Shown here piece by piece: positions 19,095 to 29,578 of a stretch of 53,499 nucleotides of DNA. The notes beneath the pieces were generated by a model. It saw only the letters and a program-made list of their open reading frames with translations, was not told where the DNA came from and searched no databases. The number at the start of each line of letters is the position of its first letter. The stretch's first letter is position 1. Source of the stretch: Candidatus Bathyarchaeota archaeon (GTDB taxonomy: Archaea > Thermoproteota > Bathyarchaeia > 40CM-2-53-6); assembly GCA_005881615.1 (NCBI GenBank), contig VBBR01000036.1, positions 4,847-58,345 of the forward strand, given 5' to 3'. The position numbers were made by a program, and so were the translations under genes.

Positions 19095-20924
19095 CTAGCT
19101 TGTCTGTATGGTGAAGATGTATGTTGTTGGGCTTCCCGAGACTGTATGCGTAATGCTGTTTACGTCGGTGAACATCGCATTGATGGTTGCTTGTACATTT
19201 TGTCCAGAGGCGCCGCTGTACGTGCAGGTCAGGCTGAATGTTGCGTCCATGCCTGCTGGCAGGGAACCTTGCAAGGCCAGGGAGTTGCCGCCGGTGCATG
19301 CGATGGAGTTAGCTGTTCCGGAGACTGTGAGCGAGCCGCTAAGTGTCACAGGAGCTCCATAGTTGTGTATTTTGAACGTGTATACAACCGTCCCGCTGCC
19401 GAGCGTAGGATCATCGTTGGTTGGCGTGTTGGTGAAATCGAATGCCGTTATTTTCGGGATGCTCAAGACGAGCAGAGTCTCGTTGGCGTCGCCGCAGCCG
19501 GTTGAGACGGTGTTACCGTTCCGCGGGCCTGATGGGTTGTAGGTTGCAGTCCAGGCATAGTAGCCTGTAGCCGACGGAGTGAAGGGCCCGGAAGTGGCCA
19601 TCTGTGGAGATGCGCCTGGACCAATACTCACAGTATTGGGGCTGAACGGCGTGACGAGACTGCTGGAAGTGCAGGATGCAGACGTTGGAGGCGAGCTGAA
19701 TGGACCGTAGACGTTGAAGGTCACAGTGCCACTGACAGTCGAAGCTGTAGTCAACGTCACTGTTGCAGTGTCAGTCGCGGAACCACCGAAGGGTATGGGT
19801 GAGGGTGAAACGTTTGTCGATATCGTTGCTGTTGGGCAAGTTGCGAGGGCACCTTCAGCGTAATCCATCAGAGTAGCTGTGAGTGAAGGGGAGGTCCTAG
19901 TGTCGAAGATGAACCTGTTGATGCAGGGTGCGTTTTGGCCGAGCAGTCCGGTGAGGTCTATTCCTACTTCGAAGAACTCCGCTGTGGCCAGTGTGTTCGG
20001 AGCTGAAGTCTTGTCCTGGGTAGACCATGGTGTTGAGATGGGGCCGGTGTTCGACCTAGCGCAGACATTGGCCGTGACTGGAGCGACTGTACAATCAGCA
20101 CCGCCTGTAGCGGTAATGTTCATCAATCCAAGTGGATTAGCTTTGCTAACGCCGACCCATTCGAATAGGTTGAGTGTGGTAACAGATCCGCCCGTGGAGA
20201 ACTCGCCCACAGCGAGAATGTCACCTACTACGTGTACGCCAGTAAAGCTTACAGCTCCTTTGCTGCTGGAACACGACACCGTCGGGTCTTGTAGCAGCCA
20301 GAGGCCTAAATCGCCGGCGCCATTGTTCGCAAAGCGTTCGAATCCTCCGTAGACCAGCAAGTGGCCGGTCCTACTACCAGACTGTGGTACTATCGCGAAG
20401 CTGTAGGCATGCAAGATGTCATCCTTAGGAGTAATATTGTTCGACGGGGTACACGCCCAGTTGGCGCTAATGTCAAGAGTGTCTTTGCTTCCTGTCGTGT
20501 AGGTTGTGGTGTCGCTGACAGAGTGTGGTCCATCATTTACCCAGTGAGCGTCTAATCCTCCTAGCGGCAGAGGATTTGTTGTGCCAGTAGAGGAGAAGAG
20601 CCCTGTTCCGCCAGGGCCGTTGCCCCAGTCCGTCGGAAGGGCCGTGGTTGCATCTTTGACAATGTTTCCGTCCAGCTCGAAGACTCCCGCGTTACCCACA
20701 TCAGATAGCGCGAACGCCCTCGTGAAGAGTGGTACCGCGATCGCCAGTGTCATCAGCGTTACTATGATGGCAGCTTGTATGTACCGTTTCGAAACCAGCC
20801 ATTTTGTTGTTTGCGAAATATCTCCAATTGTTGACAAAGATTTTCTGTTCGAGGTAGAACCAGAGGCGTTAAAGAATGCGAGCAATTGAGTGCATGAAAG
20901 ATCCCATTTCTGAACACAACGCAA
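19095..20924 (-). CDS. Large secreted Thr/Ser/Gly-rich surface protein with Ig-like domains (true start probably downstream)
   Basis: Signal peptide ending AFA; FELDGN domain; DTATV...YYAWTATY Ig-like segment; many Cys pairs. Confidence 0.8.
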   Translation of the reverse strand: MRCVQKWDLSCTQLLAFFNASGSTSNRKSLSTIGDISQTTKWLVSKRYIQAAIIVTLMTLAIAVPLFTRAFALSDVGNAGVFELDGNIVKDATTALPTDWGNGPGGTGLFSSTGTTNPLPLGGLDAHWVNDGPHSVSDTTTYTTGSKDTLDISANWACTPSNNITPKDDILHAYSFAIVPQSGSRTGHLLVYGGFERFANNGAGDLGLWLLQDPTVSCSSSKGAVSFTGVHVVGDILAVGEFSTGGSVTTLNLFEWVGVSKANPLGLMNITATGGADCTVAPVTANVCARSNTGPISTPWSTQDKTSAPNTLATAEFFEVGIDLTGLLGQNAPCINRFIFDTRTSPSLTATLMDYAEGALATCPTATISTNVSPSPIPFGGSATDTATVTLTTASTVSGTVTFNVYGPFSSPPTSASCTSSSLVTPFSPNTVSIGPGASPQMATSGPFTPSATGYYAWTATYNPSGPRNGNTVSTGCGDANETLLVLSIPKITAFDFTNTPTNDDPTLGSGTVVYTFKIHNYGAPVTLSGSLTVSGTANSIACTGGNSLALQGSLPAGMDATFSLTCTYSGASGQNVQATINAMFTDVNSITHTVSGSPTTYIFTIQTS

Positions 20925-21377
20925 GCAATTGCATTTTTCCCAATCTATCTACGGCAACATAGTTGCAGATTCAGAAAGATTGAGCCTCCAGCGGATGTAT
21001 GGGAAGATGTTCGGATTACGCTAGAGAGCCTATAACTTGCGCATCCTTTCCTCTCATTTGTTTTGGGTGCATCTCGCAGCTGGCCTCTTCGGCACCCGGG
21101 ACCAGGCGTGCCTAGAGGATACCTCTTTCGCAAAGACCGGATAGCGTTCCCTTGGAACGCATTTTTGAACCATCAGCAAGCAAGTGCAAGAAAACGGAGT
21201 CGCTGAGTGAAAACGTATACAACATTCTAGTTCCATTCAGGGGGTTTGCCAACTGTAATCACGAGGGGCCCGCGACTGCCGGCCGCTTTGTTTCGCAGGA
21301 CTGAAGTCGATTCTCTTGGTTTCAGATAAACCGCGGAGCTTAAAGCGCGAGATCACTTCTGCAAATGTTGAGCGTAG

Positions 21378-22406
21378 TTGAAGGCCGTGCGGTTTCACGA
21401 GTTCGGCGGGCTTGAGAAGTTGCGATTCGAAGAAGCCCCCGAACCGCATATCAGCCCGACAGAAGCTCTAGTAAGAGTTAGAGCCTGTGCACTGAACCAT
21501 CTGGACATTTGGGCAAGAGGGGGGACAAGGAGCGAGAGGATTCCCCTGCCTCATATATCGGGCTCAGACATCTCTGGAGAGATTGCCGAGCTCGGCAATC
21601 TTGTCAGCGGACATTCTAAGGGCGAGAAGGTCTTGATTGTCCCAGGAATCAGCTGTGGGATCTGTGATTACTGCAGCAACGGCTGGGACAGCCTATGCGA
21701 TTCATACAAGATTGTCGGTTACGAGACCCAGGGTGGCTATGCTGAGTTTGTTGCTGTTCCTGGAGCGAATGTTCTTCCTATTCCTGACAAGTTCAGTTTC
21801 GAGCAGGCTGCCGCTGTCCCCCTTGTCTTCTTGACTGCTTGGCATATGCTTGTGACCCGAGCACACTTGACGCCTGGAGAGACGGTTCTCGTGTGGGCAG
21901 TAGGAAGTGGAGTTGGAAGTGCCGCAGTGCAAGTTGCTAAACTCTTAGGCGCGAAAGTGATTGCTACCGTTGGGAGTGACGTGAAGAAGGAGAAGGCTCA
22001 GAAGCTTGGAGCAGATTTCGTTCTCAACCATCATATTCAGGACATACCCAGCGAAGTCAAACGCCTAACTAATGGACGAAAGGTCAATGTTGTTTTCGAC
22101 CATATCGGAGAGGCAACATGGGAGAAGAGTATGAAGTCCATGGCTCCCGCAGGACGGTTAGTCAACTGTGGGGTCACCAGCGGCGGGAAGGCTGAGATCG
22201 ACATCCGATACGTTTTCGTCAAGCAGTTTTCCCTCATGGGATCCTTTATGGGGGGACGAGGAGAGCTCCTCAAAGTCCTCAGCTTCTTCGAAGATGGAAA
22301 ACTCAAGCCGGTGCTCGACTCAATCTTTCCGCTCATGGAAGCCGCGAAGGCTCAGGAACGAATGGAAAAGAGCCAACACTTCGGGAAGATAGTCCTCAAG
22401 GTGTAA
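21378..22406 (+). CDS. Zn-binding alcohol dehydrogenase/quinone oxidoreductase (MDR family)
   Basis: ALNHLD, PHISGSD, CGICDYC..C, GSGVGSAAVQ, HFGKIVL. Confidence 0.92.
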   Translation: MKAVRFHEFGGLEKLRFEEAPEPHISPTEALVRVRACALNHLDIWARGGTRSERIPLPHISGSDISGEIAELGNLVSGHSKGEKVLIVPGISCGICDYCSNGWDSLCDSYKIVGYETQGGYAEFVAVPGANVLPIPDKFSFEQAAAVPLVFLTAWHMLVTRAHLTPGETVLVWAVGSGVGSAAVQVAKLLGAKVIATVGSDVKKEKAQKLGADFVLNHHIQDIPSEVKRLTNGRKVNVVFDHIGEATWEKSMKSMAPAGRLVNCGVTSGGKAEIDIRYVFVKQFSLMGSFMGGRGELLKVLSFFEDGKLKPVLDSIFPLMEAAKAQERMEKSQHFGKIVLKV

Positions 22407-22455
22407 TGGGATTCAACAGCTACGCCCTAGTCCGTGCAAAATCCGTTCATAACGG

Positions 22456-22806
22456 GGTTCTGTTAACTTATCGTTGGATAGGTTAACTTGCTCTCATCGA
22501 CTCCAGGGATTACCGTCGTCGTCGGGTTCCATTTCATCGCTTCAACTGGGAGCCCTTCCGCCTCAAGCCCACTCAGGGTCTTTCTTGGCCTGGAACGGTC
22601 GAACCTCAACCGCCCCCAGAACAGGCACTAAGCCTATCATCTATTGTAAGCCTCTCTCACACCCGTAAGCCTCCTTCCAGGTCAATAGACCATTCACAGG
22701 CCTCTTACACAGGCGCTCATACACGACGACGCACCACCATACTCCCTCTGCAAAATAATAGTTTGAGGCCCGTGAAAGTACGATCCAGCGAAGAGTTAAC
22801 AGAGCT
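22456..22806 (-). mobile_element. 351-bp MITE-like element, copy 1; IS6-like TIRs; tnpB-derived omega-RNA-like right half
   Basis: Ends GGTTCTGTTAACTT and GAGTTAACAGAGCT; 8-bp TSD CATAACGG (22448-55, 22807-14); 6 substitutions versus copy 2. Confidence 0.92.
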
Positions 22807-22862
22807 CATAACGGTAAAGTGCAATGCGGCCCGGGTGTTAGAGACCGAGAAAGGCTGACACC

Positions 22863-23255
22863 ATGAAGACAAACCCATTGACCGATGTTTCCGCGGAAAA
22901 ATCCATCGCACGTGAGCTGGCAAAGCGCCGAGCCTTCATTGTCCTGTTTATCGTGTCGATCGAGATTGTTGGAGCCTTCATAGGCTTAGAAGGCGACATG
23001 CTCGCTCATGCGCTAGACGATTACGCGATTCTAGCAATATCGGTCGTAGCACTCGTAGTGATTGGGGCCATGTGGAAGAAGCAGTCGCTTGCTGGTCTAA
23101 GGAAGCAGCACAACATTTTGCTCGCCCTCCTTATCGTCGCATTAGTATTCCAGATCTACGCATTTGTCGCAGAGGCCAACGATCCTACTGATCTTGGGAA
23201 TGAGTATCCTTCCTTGACCATTCTGGTCTTAATGGTAATCAACAAGTTCATCTGA
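22863..23255 (+). CDS. Small 4-TM membrane protein, unknown function
   Basis: 130 aa, four hydrophobic helices, HALDD motif. Confidence 0.75.
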   Translation: MKTNPLTDVSAEKSIARELAKRRAFIVLFIVSIEIVGAFIGLEGDMLAHALDDYAILAISVVALVVIGAMWKKQSLAGLRKQHNILLALLIVALVFQIYAFVAEANDPTDLGNEYPSLTILVLMVINKFI

Positions 23256-23324
23256 CGGGCGACGCGAATCGTATGATGAACGAGGAATCGTCTGATAGGT
23301 CGATAGTGTTGATCTGGTTGCGGC

Positions 23325-23495
23325 CTACTCTGGTACTGAGGTTGTAATGAGTTTTCCATCGACGACTTTGACGAATAGGTAGCGGTTGTCTCTGAGAATG
23401 ACGGTCACTTCATTCTCCCCCTCTTCAATCTCCAAGATTTCTTGTCCTCTGATCCCGTCATATTTTGCCAAAGTGAGATTCGCCTGCTTCATCAT
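23325..23495 (-). CDS. Small hypothetical protein (56 aa, below the ORF-track cutoff)
   Basis: Read manually: MMKQANLTLAKYDGIRGQEILEIEEGENEVTVILRDNRYLFVKVVDGKLITTSVPE; co-oriented with the upstream gene. Confidence 0.55.
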   Translation of the reverse strand: MMKQANLTLAKYDGIRGQEILEIEEGENEVTVILRDNRYLFVKVVDGKLITTSVPE

Positions 23496-23554
23496 TCCGA
23501 TGATCTGGCCACATAAAGATGACGGCTGTCATTTTGCGGTGAAATCGGAAAAAC

Positions 23555-24112
23555 TCAGGCGATCTGAATTTTCAGAGGAAGCGATTTCCCAGAAGCTTCT
23601 CCTCGCTCTGTGAAAACGTGCTTGCCCCACTTGGCGCTAACGTTGGCTCCTAGAGTGTGATTGCCCTTCCCAAGTGAGCTTGCTGGGAGCTCGAAGCTCC
23701 GCGTCACGTTGAACATCATCTCTCTCGCTTCCTCCTCAGTTTTCGGATAGAGAATCGTCTCGAATTCTGTTGCCACAGTCATCCAGACTCGATGAGGAAG
23801 CTCGGGGTTTCGCGTCCAGAAGAAAACTGCCCTCCGAACGAATTTCTCTTCTTTCAACGGCTTAGGAAGCAAGCGAAGCCTAGACTTGCGGAGTTCAGCC
23901 TTGAAGGCCATCCGCAGCCCACCGTCATGCTGGTCGTAGGCAGCTTCCCAGAATTTCTGATGAAAGTTTCGGCGGACGACGCCGTCAAGCCGGAAACCCA
24001 CAGTGAAGGCAAGATTATCGTCAACCTTAGCGTTAGACGGCGAGCACTTGACTGTAACATTCTCGATACGCGCCCAGCTACCGGCGTCCTGCTTCACAAC
24101 AGATTTCTGCAA
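23555..24112 (-). CDS. Hypothetical protein
   Basis: 185-aa ORF with protein-like composition, divergent from the peptidase. Confidence 0.7.
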   Translation of the reverse strand: MQKSVVKQDAGSWARIENVTVKCSPSNAKVDDNLAFTVGFRLDGVVRRNFHQKFWEAAYDQHDGGLRMAFKAELRKSRLRLLPKPLKEEKFVRRAVFFWTRNPELPHRVWMTVATEFETILYPKTEEEAREMMFNVTRSFELPASSLGKGNHTLGANVSAKWGKHVFTERGEASGKSLPLKIQIA

Positions 24113-24233
24113 TTTTTTCTCACTAGGCCCGAGGATGGCGGTCTTGCGCTTCCACGCTGAAAAACCTTGGCATCAGCACTCGACTCTCTGAAGCGATTAT
24201 AAGAACAGCCCGTAACGGACATCTGAGATAGCC

Positions 24234-26081
24234 ATGTCATCAAACCGTCCGAGATATGGTTTCGATCGATACTCTAGCGTACGCATAGCCTATGGACCAA
24301 GCTTCGCGCCTGATGGTCAGCATATCTCGTTCATCAGTGACATTACCGGAGTCCCGCAAGCCTGGATTCTAGACCTTGCAACAAGTCGAATAGACCAGTT
24401 GACACTGTTCAACGAGCGCGTTTCTTCGGCCGTCTTTTCGCCGACCGGCCAAAACCTAGGACTCTCGATGGACCCTGGAGGCGGCGAGAAGCACCAAGTA
24501 TGGACTTTGGACATGGAGAATCTCGCGGCGAAGAAATTGACCGTTGGAGACGATTGGATCCGCGTCATCGGCTCCTTCTCTCCTAGCGGTGAGTCGGTGT
24601 GCTATGCGTCAAACGAGAGAGATGAGAAATTCTTCGACATCTACACAAGCGTTCTTGTGAGCGGAGAGAAGAATCTCGTCTACCAGAACGACGCTACGAA
24701 CTATCCCTTGGACTGGGTAGACAAAGATCGAATTCTCTTCACAAAGGCAAACACCAACCTAGACAATGATCTCTATCTGCTCTGGCCTGAAACGGGGGAG
24801 ATAGCTCACCTCACAAAGCACTCCGGTGAAGCGAGCTTTGACTATGCTGGCCATGCCAAAGACATGAGCACGTTGTATGTTCTGACAAGCAAAGATCGGG
24901 AATTCCTCCAGCCCGCTACTATCGATGTTGGAACCGGACACTTGGATTATCTGATCGAAGAGGACTGGGACGCGATAGGTGGGAGTGTCTCCCATGATAC
25001 TCGCTTGCTAGCGTACTTCCGGAACGTCGACGGGGCTAGCAGATTGCATATTTACGACCTGGAGAAGAAACAGGATTCTGTGGTTGATGGTCTTCCTCTA
25101 GGGGCTTTTGAGTCGCCTGTAGTTTCGGGCCGCAACCTAATGGATTGGAGCCCTGATTCCAAACGTCTCGTGTTCAGCTTCCAGGGCCCGAAGCACAACC
25201 TGAACCTCTGGCTCTACGATGTTGAAGACAATTTGGTTAGGCAAGTCACGTTTGCCCCGACCGGGGCCATTCCAACTTCAAATCTCGTCGAGCCCGAAGG
25301 TTTGAGATTTCCCAGTTTCGACGACCTCGTCATTCCTGTGTGGGCCTACCGGCCGGCTAGTCGTCGAGAATCGCTGCCAACGGTTGTCTTTGTCCACGGG
25401 GGCCCGGAAAGCCAAGAGACTGCCCGGTTCAACGTCATCATCCAATACCTGGTCAACCGCGGCTTCCTGGTCCTGGCCCCGAACGTGCGTGGTAGCACAG
25501 GCTATGGCAAGAAAGGCGTCCATCTGGATGATGTCGATAAGCGCCTCGACTCTGTTCGGGACCTAGAATATCTAGTAAAGTGGGCGGTTGGAAAAGGCCT
25601 CGCAAAGCAAGACAGAGTAGGAATCGTAGGCGGCAGCTACGGCGGCTTCATGGTTCTGTCGGCAATAACAGAATACCCGGACATATGGGCAGCTGGAGTT
25701 GATCTCGTAGGCATCGCGAATTTTGAGACGTTTCTGGAAAACACGGCGCGCTGGAGACGACACTTGAGAGAGGCAGAATACGGTAGCCTCGAAAACGACA
25801 GGGAACTTTTCAAACGGATCTCACCAATCCACAAGGTGGACAAGATCCAGGCGCCCCTGCTGGTAATCCATGGGGCCAACGATCCCAGAGTCCCAGTAGG
25901 GGAAGCGGAGCAGATAGTGGAGAGATTGAAAGAACTTGGAAGACACGTCGAATTTTTGAGATTCGAGGACGAGGGACATGGGATCGCGAAGATCCCGAAC
26001 AGGATCAAAGCCTACACTGCGATCGGCGACTTTCTAGAACGGACCTTGCTTGCTGCAGACAAACCGTCGCCGAATATGTAG
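24234..26081 (+). CDS. S9 family peptidase (acylaminoacyl peptidase, beta-propeller plus alpha/beta hydrolase)
   Basis: HGGPESQ, NVRGSTGYG, GGSYGG, HGANDPRVP, DEGHG. Confidence 0.95.
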   Translation: MSSNRPRYGFDRYSSVRIAYGPSFAPDGQHISFISDITGVPQAWILDLATSRIDQLTLFNERVSSAVFSPTGQNLGLSMDPGGGEKHQVWTLDMENLAAKKLTVGDDWIRVIGSFSPSGESVCYASNERDEKFFDIYTSVLVSGEKNLVYQNDATNYPLDWVDKDRILFTKANTNLDNDLYLLWPETGEIAHLTKHSGEASFDYAGHAKDMSTLYVLTSKDREFLQPATIDVGTGHLDYLIEEDWDAIGGSVSHDTRLLAYFRNVDGASRLHIYDLEKKQDSVVDGLPLGAFESPVVSGRNLMDWSPDSKRLVFSFQGPKHNLNLWLYDVEDNLVRQVTFAPTGAIPTSNLVEPEGLRFPSFDDLVIPVWAYRPASRRESLPTVVFVHGGPESQETARFNVIIQYLVNRGFLVLAPNVRGSTGYGKKGVHLDDVDKRLDSVRDLEYLVKWAVGKGLAKQDRVGIVGGSYGGFMVLSAITEYPDIWAAGVDLVGIANFETFLENTARWRRHLREAEYGSLENDRELFKRISPIHKVDKIQAPLLVIHGANDPRVPVGEAEQIVERLKELGRHVEFLRFEDEGHGIAKIPNRIKAYTAIGDFLERTLLAADKPSPNM

Positions 26082-26194
26082 ATCCTCTCTGTCCAATCGT
26101 TCTTACCCAAACTAGAATGGGAAAGAGCGGGATAGAGACTCCCGTAGCTCTTCGATTTCCAAGCAAAAATGCTTTGGAAGCTGTTTTTCCGGGT

Positions 26195-27859
26195 TTAGGT
26201 GCCGGTTATGGGTTCGATGTGTACGGCGCTGCAGCCGCATCCGTCGGCGTGCTTTCCGCGTCGTAGTTGTCCGCGGTAGAGTCGTGATTCGAGTTTCTCG
26301 CCATTCTTCTTCTCCCACTCTTCCACGCTGATACCGTACTTTTTCTGTATGCGGTCACGGTACCATTCGGGGATGACGTTGAAGCTGCAGAACGGAATGA
26401 TCCTCATGTCTGGTGTGAGGTAGTGTATGTCGCATCGCTGTAGTCGCTCTTCGTCCTGGTTGTACTTGTCTTGGAAGTGCATCATGCCGAGGAACATGCT
26501 TCGGACGTGGAACTGTCCCACTGAGCTGTAGTCGTGTTTCAGCAATGCCCCTACGAGCAGCTTGCTGAGGTTGAGTCCTGCTGGTTGCTTGTCTTTCTCG
26601 ATGAAGCTGTTCAGCTTGGTAATGAATTTTGCAGCGACCAAGTATTTGTTTGTGCCCGAGTTCAGCTCGTCTGTCTTCTCGTCAAGGTACTCGAATAGTC
26701 CTTTGAGATCGACGAAGGAGGTGATTGGGACCATCTTCCTGGTGTCTTTGTCCTCGAACACGTATGTTCCAGCGCCGCACGCGAAGTGTATCGACAGCTC
26801 GTACTGGGGTCGCTTCGTGAATGCTTCCACGAAGTGGGTTACTGGTGAGCAGCTTGGGACTGGGAACCACGCGTCTCGTGGAATCTCTCCGTTGGTCTGC
26901 TCTTCGATCCTCTCGATGCAGTCTGGAATGGTAATTCGGTACTTTTCCCTCTCTTGCTTTTTCATTCGTCCCGTTAGAGACACTGGCTGGTAGCTGATTG
27001 CTCGGACGATGTCGATGTTTCTCTGGGCGAAGCGGAGTATGCCGCCTAGCTCGTGATCATTGATCGACTTGATGACTGTCGGGACGAGCACTACTCCGAG
27101 GTTTGCCTTTCGGCAACTCTCGATTGTATAGGGTGCTTCCCAGTGGTTCTTCGGGTTGGTCTTCGGACTGACTCCGTCGAAGCTCATGTAGAGGTTGCTG
27201 AGCCCGTTATCGCGTAGGATATGGGCTAGGTTGGGGTTGAGTGCGAGGTTGATTCCGTTCGTATTGAGCTGGATGTGGTCTACGCCCTCTTCTTTGATGA
27301 TCTTGACGATCTCTGGAAGCTCGGGTCGTAGGGTCGGTTCTCCTCCAGTTATCTGGAGCGAGTTTCCTGGGACCGGCCTCTCAGCTTTGAGAGCTCGGAC
27401 CATTTCCTTGACCTGGTCGAGGCTTGGCTCGTATACGTACGCTCCTTCGAGGCCCTTTTTGACATAGAAGAAACAGTACCAGCAGGTCAAGTCGCAACGG
27501 TTAGTAACGATGATATTCGCAAGACCGGTATGGCTGAGGTGATTAGAGCACAAGCCGCAGTTCGCGGGGCATGCGCAACTCTCAATCGGGACGTTCGGTG
27601 CATGGGTTCCTTTGCCGTCAGACCAGTAGGTCGCGAATTTCTGATACATGTCGTACGAGCCGAAGTAGAGCTCTTCTGTCTCACCGTGTTCTGGGCAGGT
27701 CTTAGTCATGAAGACCTTGCCTTCCCGCTCGAAGACGGTGCTTGGCAGAATGCGGTTGCACTCTGGGCAGATGCTTTGCGTTCGGCGAATGAATTGTCCT
27801 ATTTGCTTCTGCGGCGACTGTAGTTCCGCTGGTAGTTCGATTTCTAATAGTGCCATCAT
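26195..27859 (-). CDS. tes: Tetraether lipid synthase (Tes/GDGT-MAS, radical SAM)
   Basis: N-terminal CPEC...CPEH, CPANCGLCSNH, TNRCDLTCWYC, GGEPT, C-terminal IIPFC. Confidence 0.88.
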   Translation of the reverse strand: MMALLEIELPAELQSPQKQIGQFIRRTQSICPECNRILPSTVFEREGKVFMTKTCPEHGETEELYFGSYDMYQKFATYWSDGKGTHAPNVPIESCACPANCGLCSNHLSHTGLANIIVTNRCDLTCWYCFFYVKKGLEGAYVYEPSLDQVKEMVRALKAERPVPGNSLQITGGEPTLRPELPEIVKIIKEEGVDHIQLNTNGINLALNPNLAHILRDNGLSNLYMSFDGVSPKTNPKNHWEAPYTIESCRKANLGVVLVPTVIKSINDHELGGILRFAQRNIDIVRAISYQPVSLTGRMKKQEREKYRITIPDCIERIEEQTNGEIPRDAWFPVPSCSPVTHFVEAFTKRPQYELSIHFACGAGTYVFEDKDTRKMVPITSFVDLKGLFEYLDEKTDELNSGTNKYLVAAKFITKLNSFIEKDKQPAGLNLSKLLVGALLKHDYSSVGQFHVRSMFLGMMHFQDKYNQDEERLQRCDIHYLTPDMRIIPFCSFNVIPEWYRDRIQKKYGISVEEWEKKNGEKLESRLYRGQLRRGKHADGCGCSAVHIEPITGT

Positions 27860-27957
27860 ATACCACTCTGAGTAGTAAATACGCGTAGCGGCACCAGTAT
27901 TAATGCTTTTGACACCAGTCACAAGATGAAATAGGGTACAACCCTGAGGGGTGTTTC

Positions 27958-28359
27958 ATGCCTGTTCCGGGCTCTCTCAAGCGCCAACCAGTAAACAAGA
28001 GCGAGATCGCTCAGCTTCTGGAACACCAATTCAATCTCCCAGCAATGGAAACGCTTGCCTATCTTCAGATGCTCGAACGAGACAGCGTTGGAGTAGATGA
28101 GCTCGCTGAAACTCTCGCCCTCTCAAAAGAGGAGACAAGCGACCTTCTTCAAGCAATGATTAGCAGAGGTCTCATCATACGGGCACCAAGATCAAAAGAT
28201 GCCTTCAGCGCACTTCATCCAAGGATGACAATGACCAACATCTTCAAGATCTACGAGAAGGACCTTGTTCAGTCTCTCAGGGACCGTAGAGCTACAGTTG
28301 ACAGAGTGGTCAACCTCTTGACACCTATCTATGAGGAAAAGAAACCGGATTTGAACTAG
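27958..28359 (+). CDS. TrmB-like HTH protein
   Basis: FNLPAMETLAYLQML...LAETLAL...MISRGLI...FSALHP. Confidence 0.75.
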   Translation: MPVPGSLKRQPVNKSEIAQLLEHQFNLPAMETLAYLQMLERDSVGVDELAETLALSKEETSDLLQAMISRGLIIRAPRSKDAFSALHPRMTMTNIFKIYEKDLVQSLRDRRATVDRVVNLLTPIYEEKKPDLN

Positions 28360-28979
28360 GCTTCTTCAGAGGCTTGAGGGGGAAGCGGATTAGGACTGTA
28401 CCGTTTTTTGTCCTTGTTCTCCTGTAGAATATCCGCAAACGGCTCGCCCTCTTCTTCAGACTCAGCCTTTTCGTCAGCTTCCTGAGACTGGGTGCTCTCC
28501 TCAGCTGAAGAATCCTCTGCGGCTAGGTTCGTTTCGTCCATGGATTCCGTTGGAGATGGGTTCGCTTCGACCGGCACAGTAGGAGGAACGTCCGGAGCCG
28601 GGTGTGCCAGTGTCTCTGCTAAAGGGGTCTCGGGAACGACCGCGATTGCAGTGGACTCCTCGGCAGAGGCCTCAAGCGACGGCTCCTCCGGCTCGTCAGA
28701 CGGAGCCGTGACGTGTTCTCTTTCCCGAGGGATTATCGCTCGGGGGTCCTTGACACCATAGAACCGGTCTGTGAAGTAAGAATAGACATCTATCGTCTGA
28801 GCAGCGGGATGAGCAGGAAAATCGTCTTTGAGCTGGCAGAGAGCGCAGAGGACCGTTGCGTGTCCAGTCTGCTTGTCAATCGTTACCCTAACAGCTTCTT
28901 CGCCGCATCGTGGGCATGTGAAGACGGTTGGTAGTTTCTTCTTGACGATTCTAACTACTCGGCGTCTTCTTCTCCCCAA
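28356..28979 (-). CDS. elf1: Transcription elongation factor Elf1 with long acidic tail
   Basis: MGRRRRR..KLPTVFTCPRCG..CALC..IDVYSYFTD. Confidence 0.88.
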   Translation of the reverse strand: MGRRRRRVVRIVKKKLPTVFTCPRCGEEAVRVTIDKQTGHATVLCALCQLKDDFPAHPAAQTIDVYSYFTDRFYGVKDPRAIIPREREHVTAPSDEPEEPSLEASAEESTAIAVVPETPLAETLAHPAPDVPPTVPVEANPSPTESMDETNLAAEDSSAEESTQSQEADEKAESEEEGEPFADILQENKDKKRYSPNPLPPQASEEA

Positions 28980-29196
28980 CCCAAACGACTCTTGTCATCC
29001 AAGAGGGATGGAGTCAATATTTACCTTTTGTCGGTGGTTCTTCCCTCGAAAAACTAGCTACAAGCATGGGTCAATGGGAACATCAGTTGCATAGGCGAAA
29101 ACCCTACTAGTGCCCCTTGAAACGGCGGATCCACTTCGTTCTCGGACAAAGGGATACGGAACGGTTAATCCGCTAAGAATCCCACTGGAATTCTCA

Positions 29197-29460
29197 TGAG
29201 AAACGGAGACCTAGCGAGTATCGGAAAAATACTGGCGCTTGCTGGTTTTTTCTCGGTGATGTTCGGGGTTTTCTCTATTCGCTGCTGATTCGGGAGGCCT
29301 GTGTGGCGACATACTCCGACCAAGCAATGGGCCAGGTTGCACAACTAACTACAGTCCCCTAGTTCTGCCCACAATCATCGGAGGAGCGTTGATAGCGGCA
29401 GGCGCTTGGCTATTCTTCGTGTTCAAGCCACAGAGCATGATGCCATCGAGTCCAATCTAA
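29197..29460 (+). pseudogene. Frameshifted small 2-TM membrane protein
   Basis: MRNGDLASIGKILALAGFFSVMFGVF continues in another frame as LFAADSGGLCGD...LVLPTIIGGALIAAGAWLFFVFK; shift near 29270. Confidence 0.45.
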
Positions 29461-29578
29461 CTACCGGCGGAGTGAACCGCGACACCAGCCTCCTCGAATT
29501 GGAATTTGCATCGGACGGAAGCTATTTGCTGTCAACACGGGAAAGGATACCCTAGAACGGGCACTCAAGGCGGCCTGT

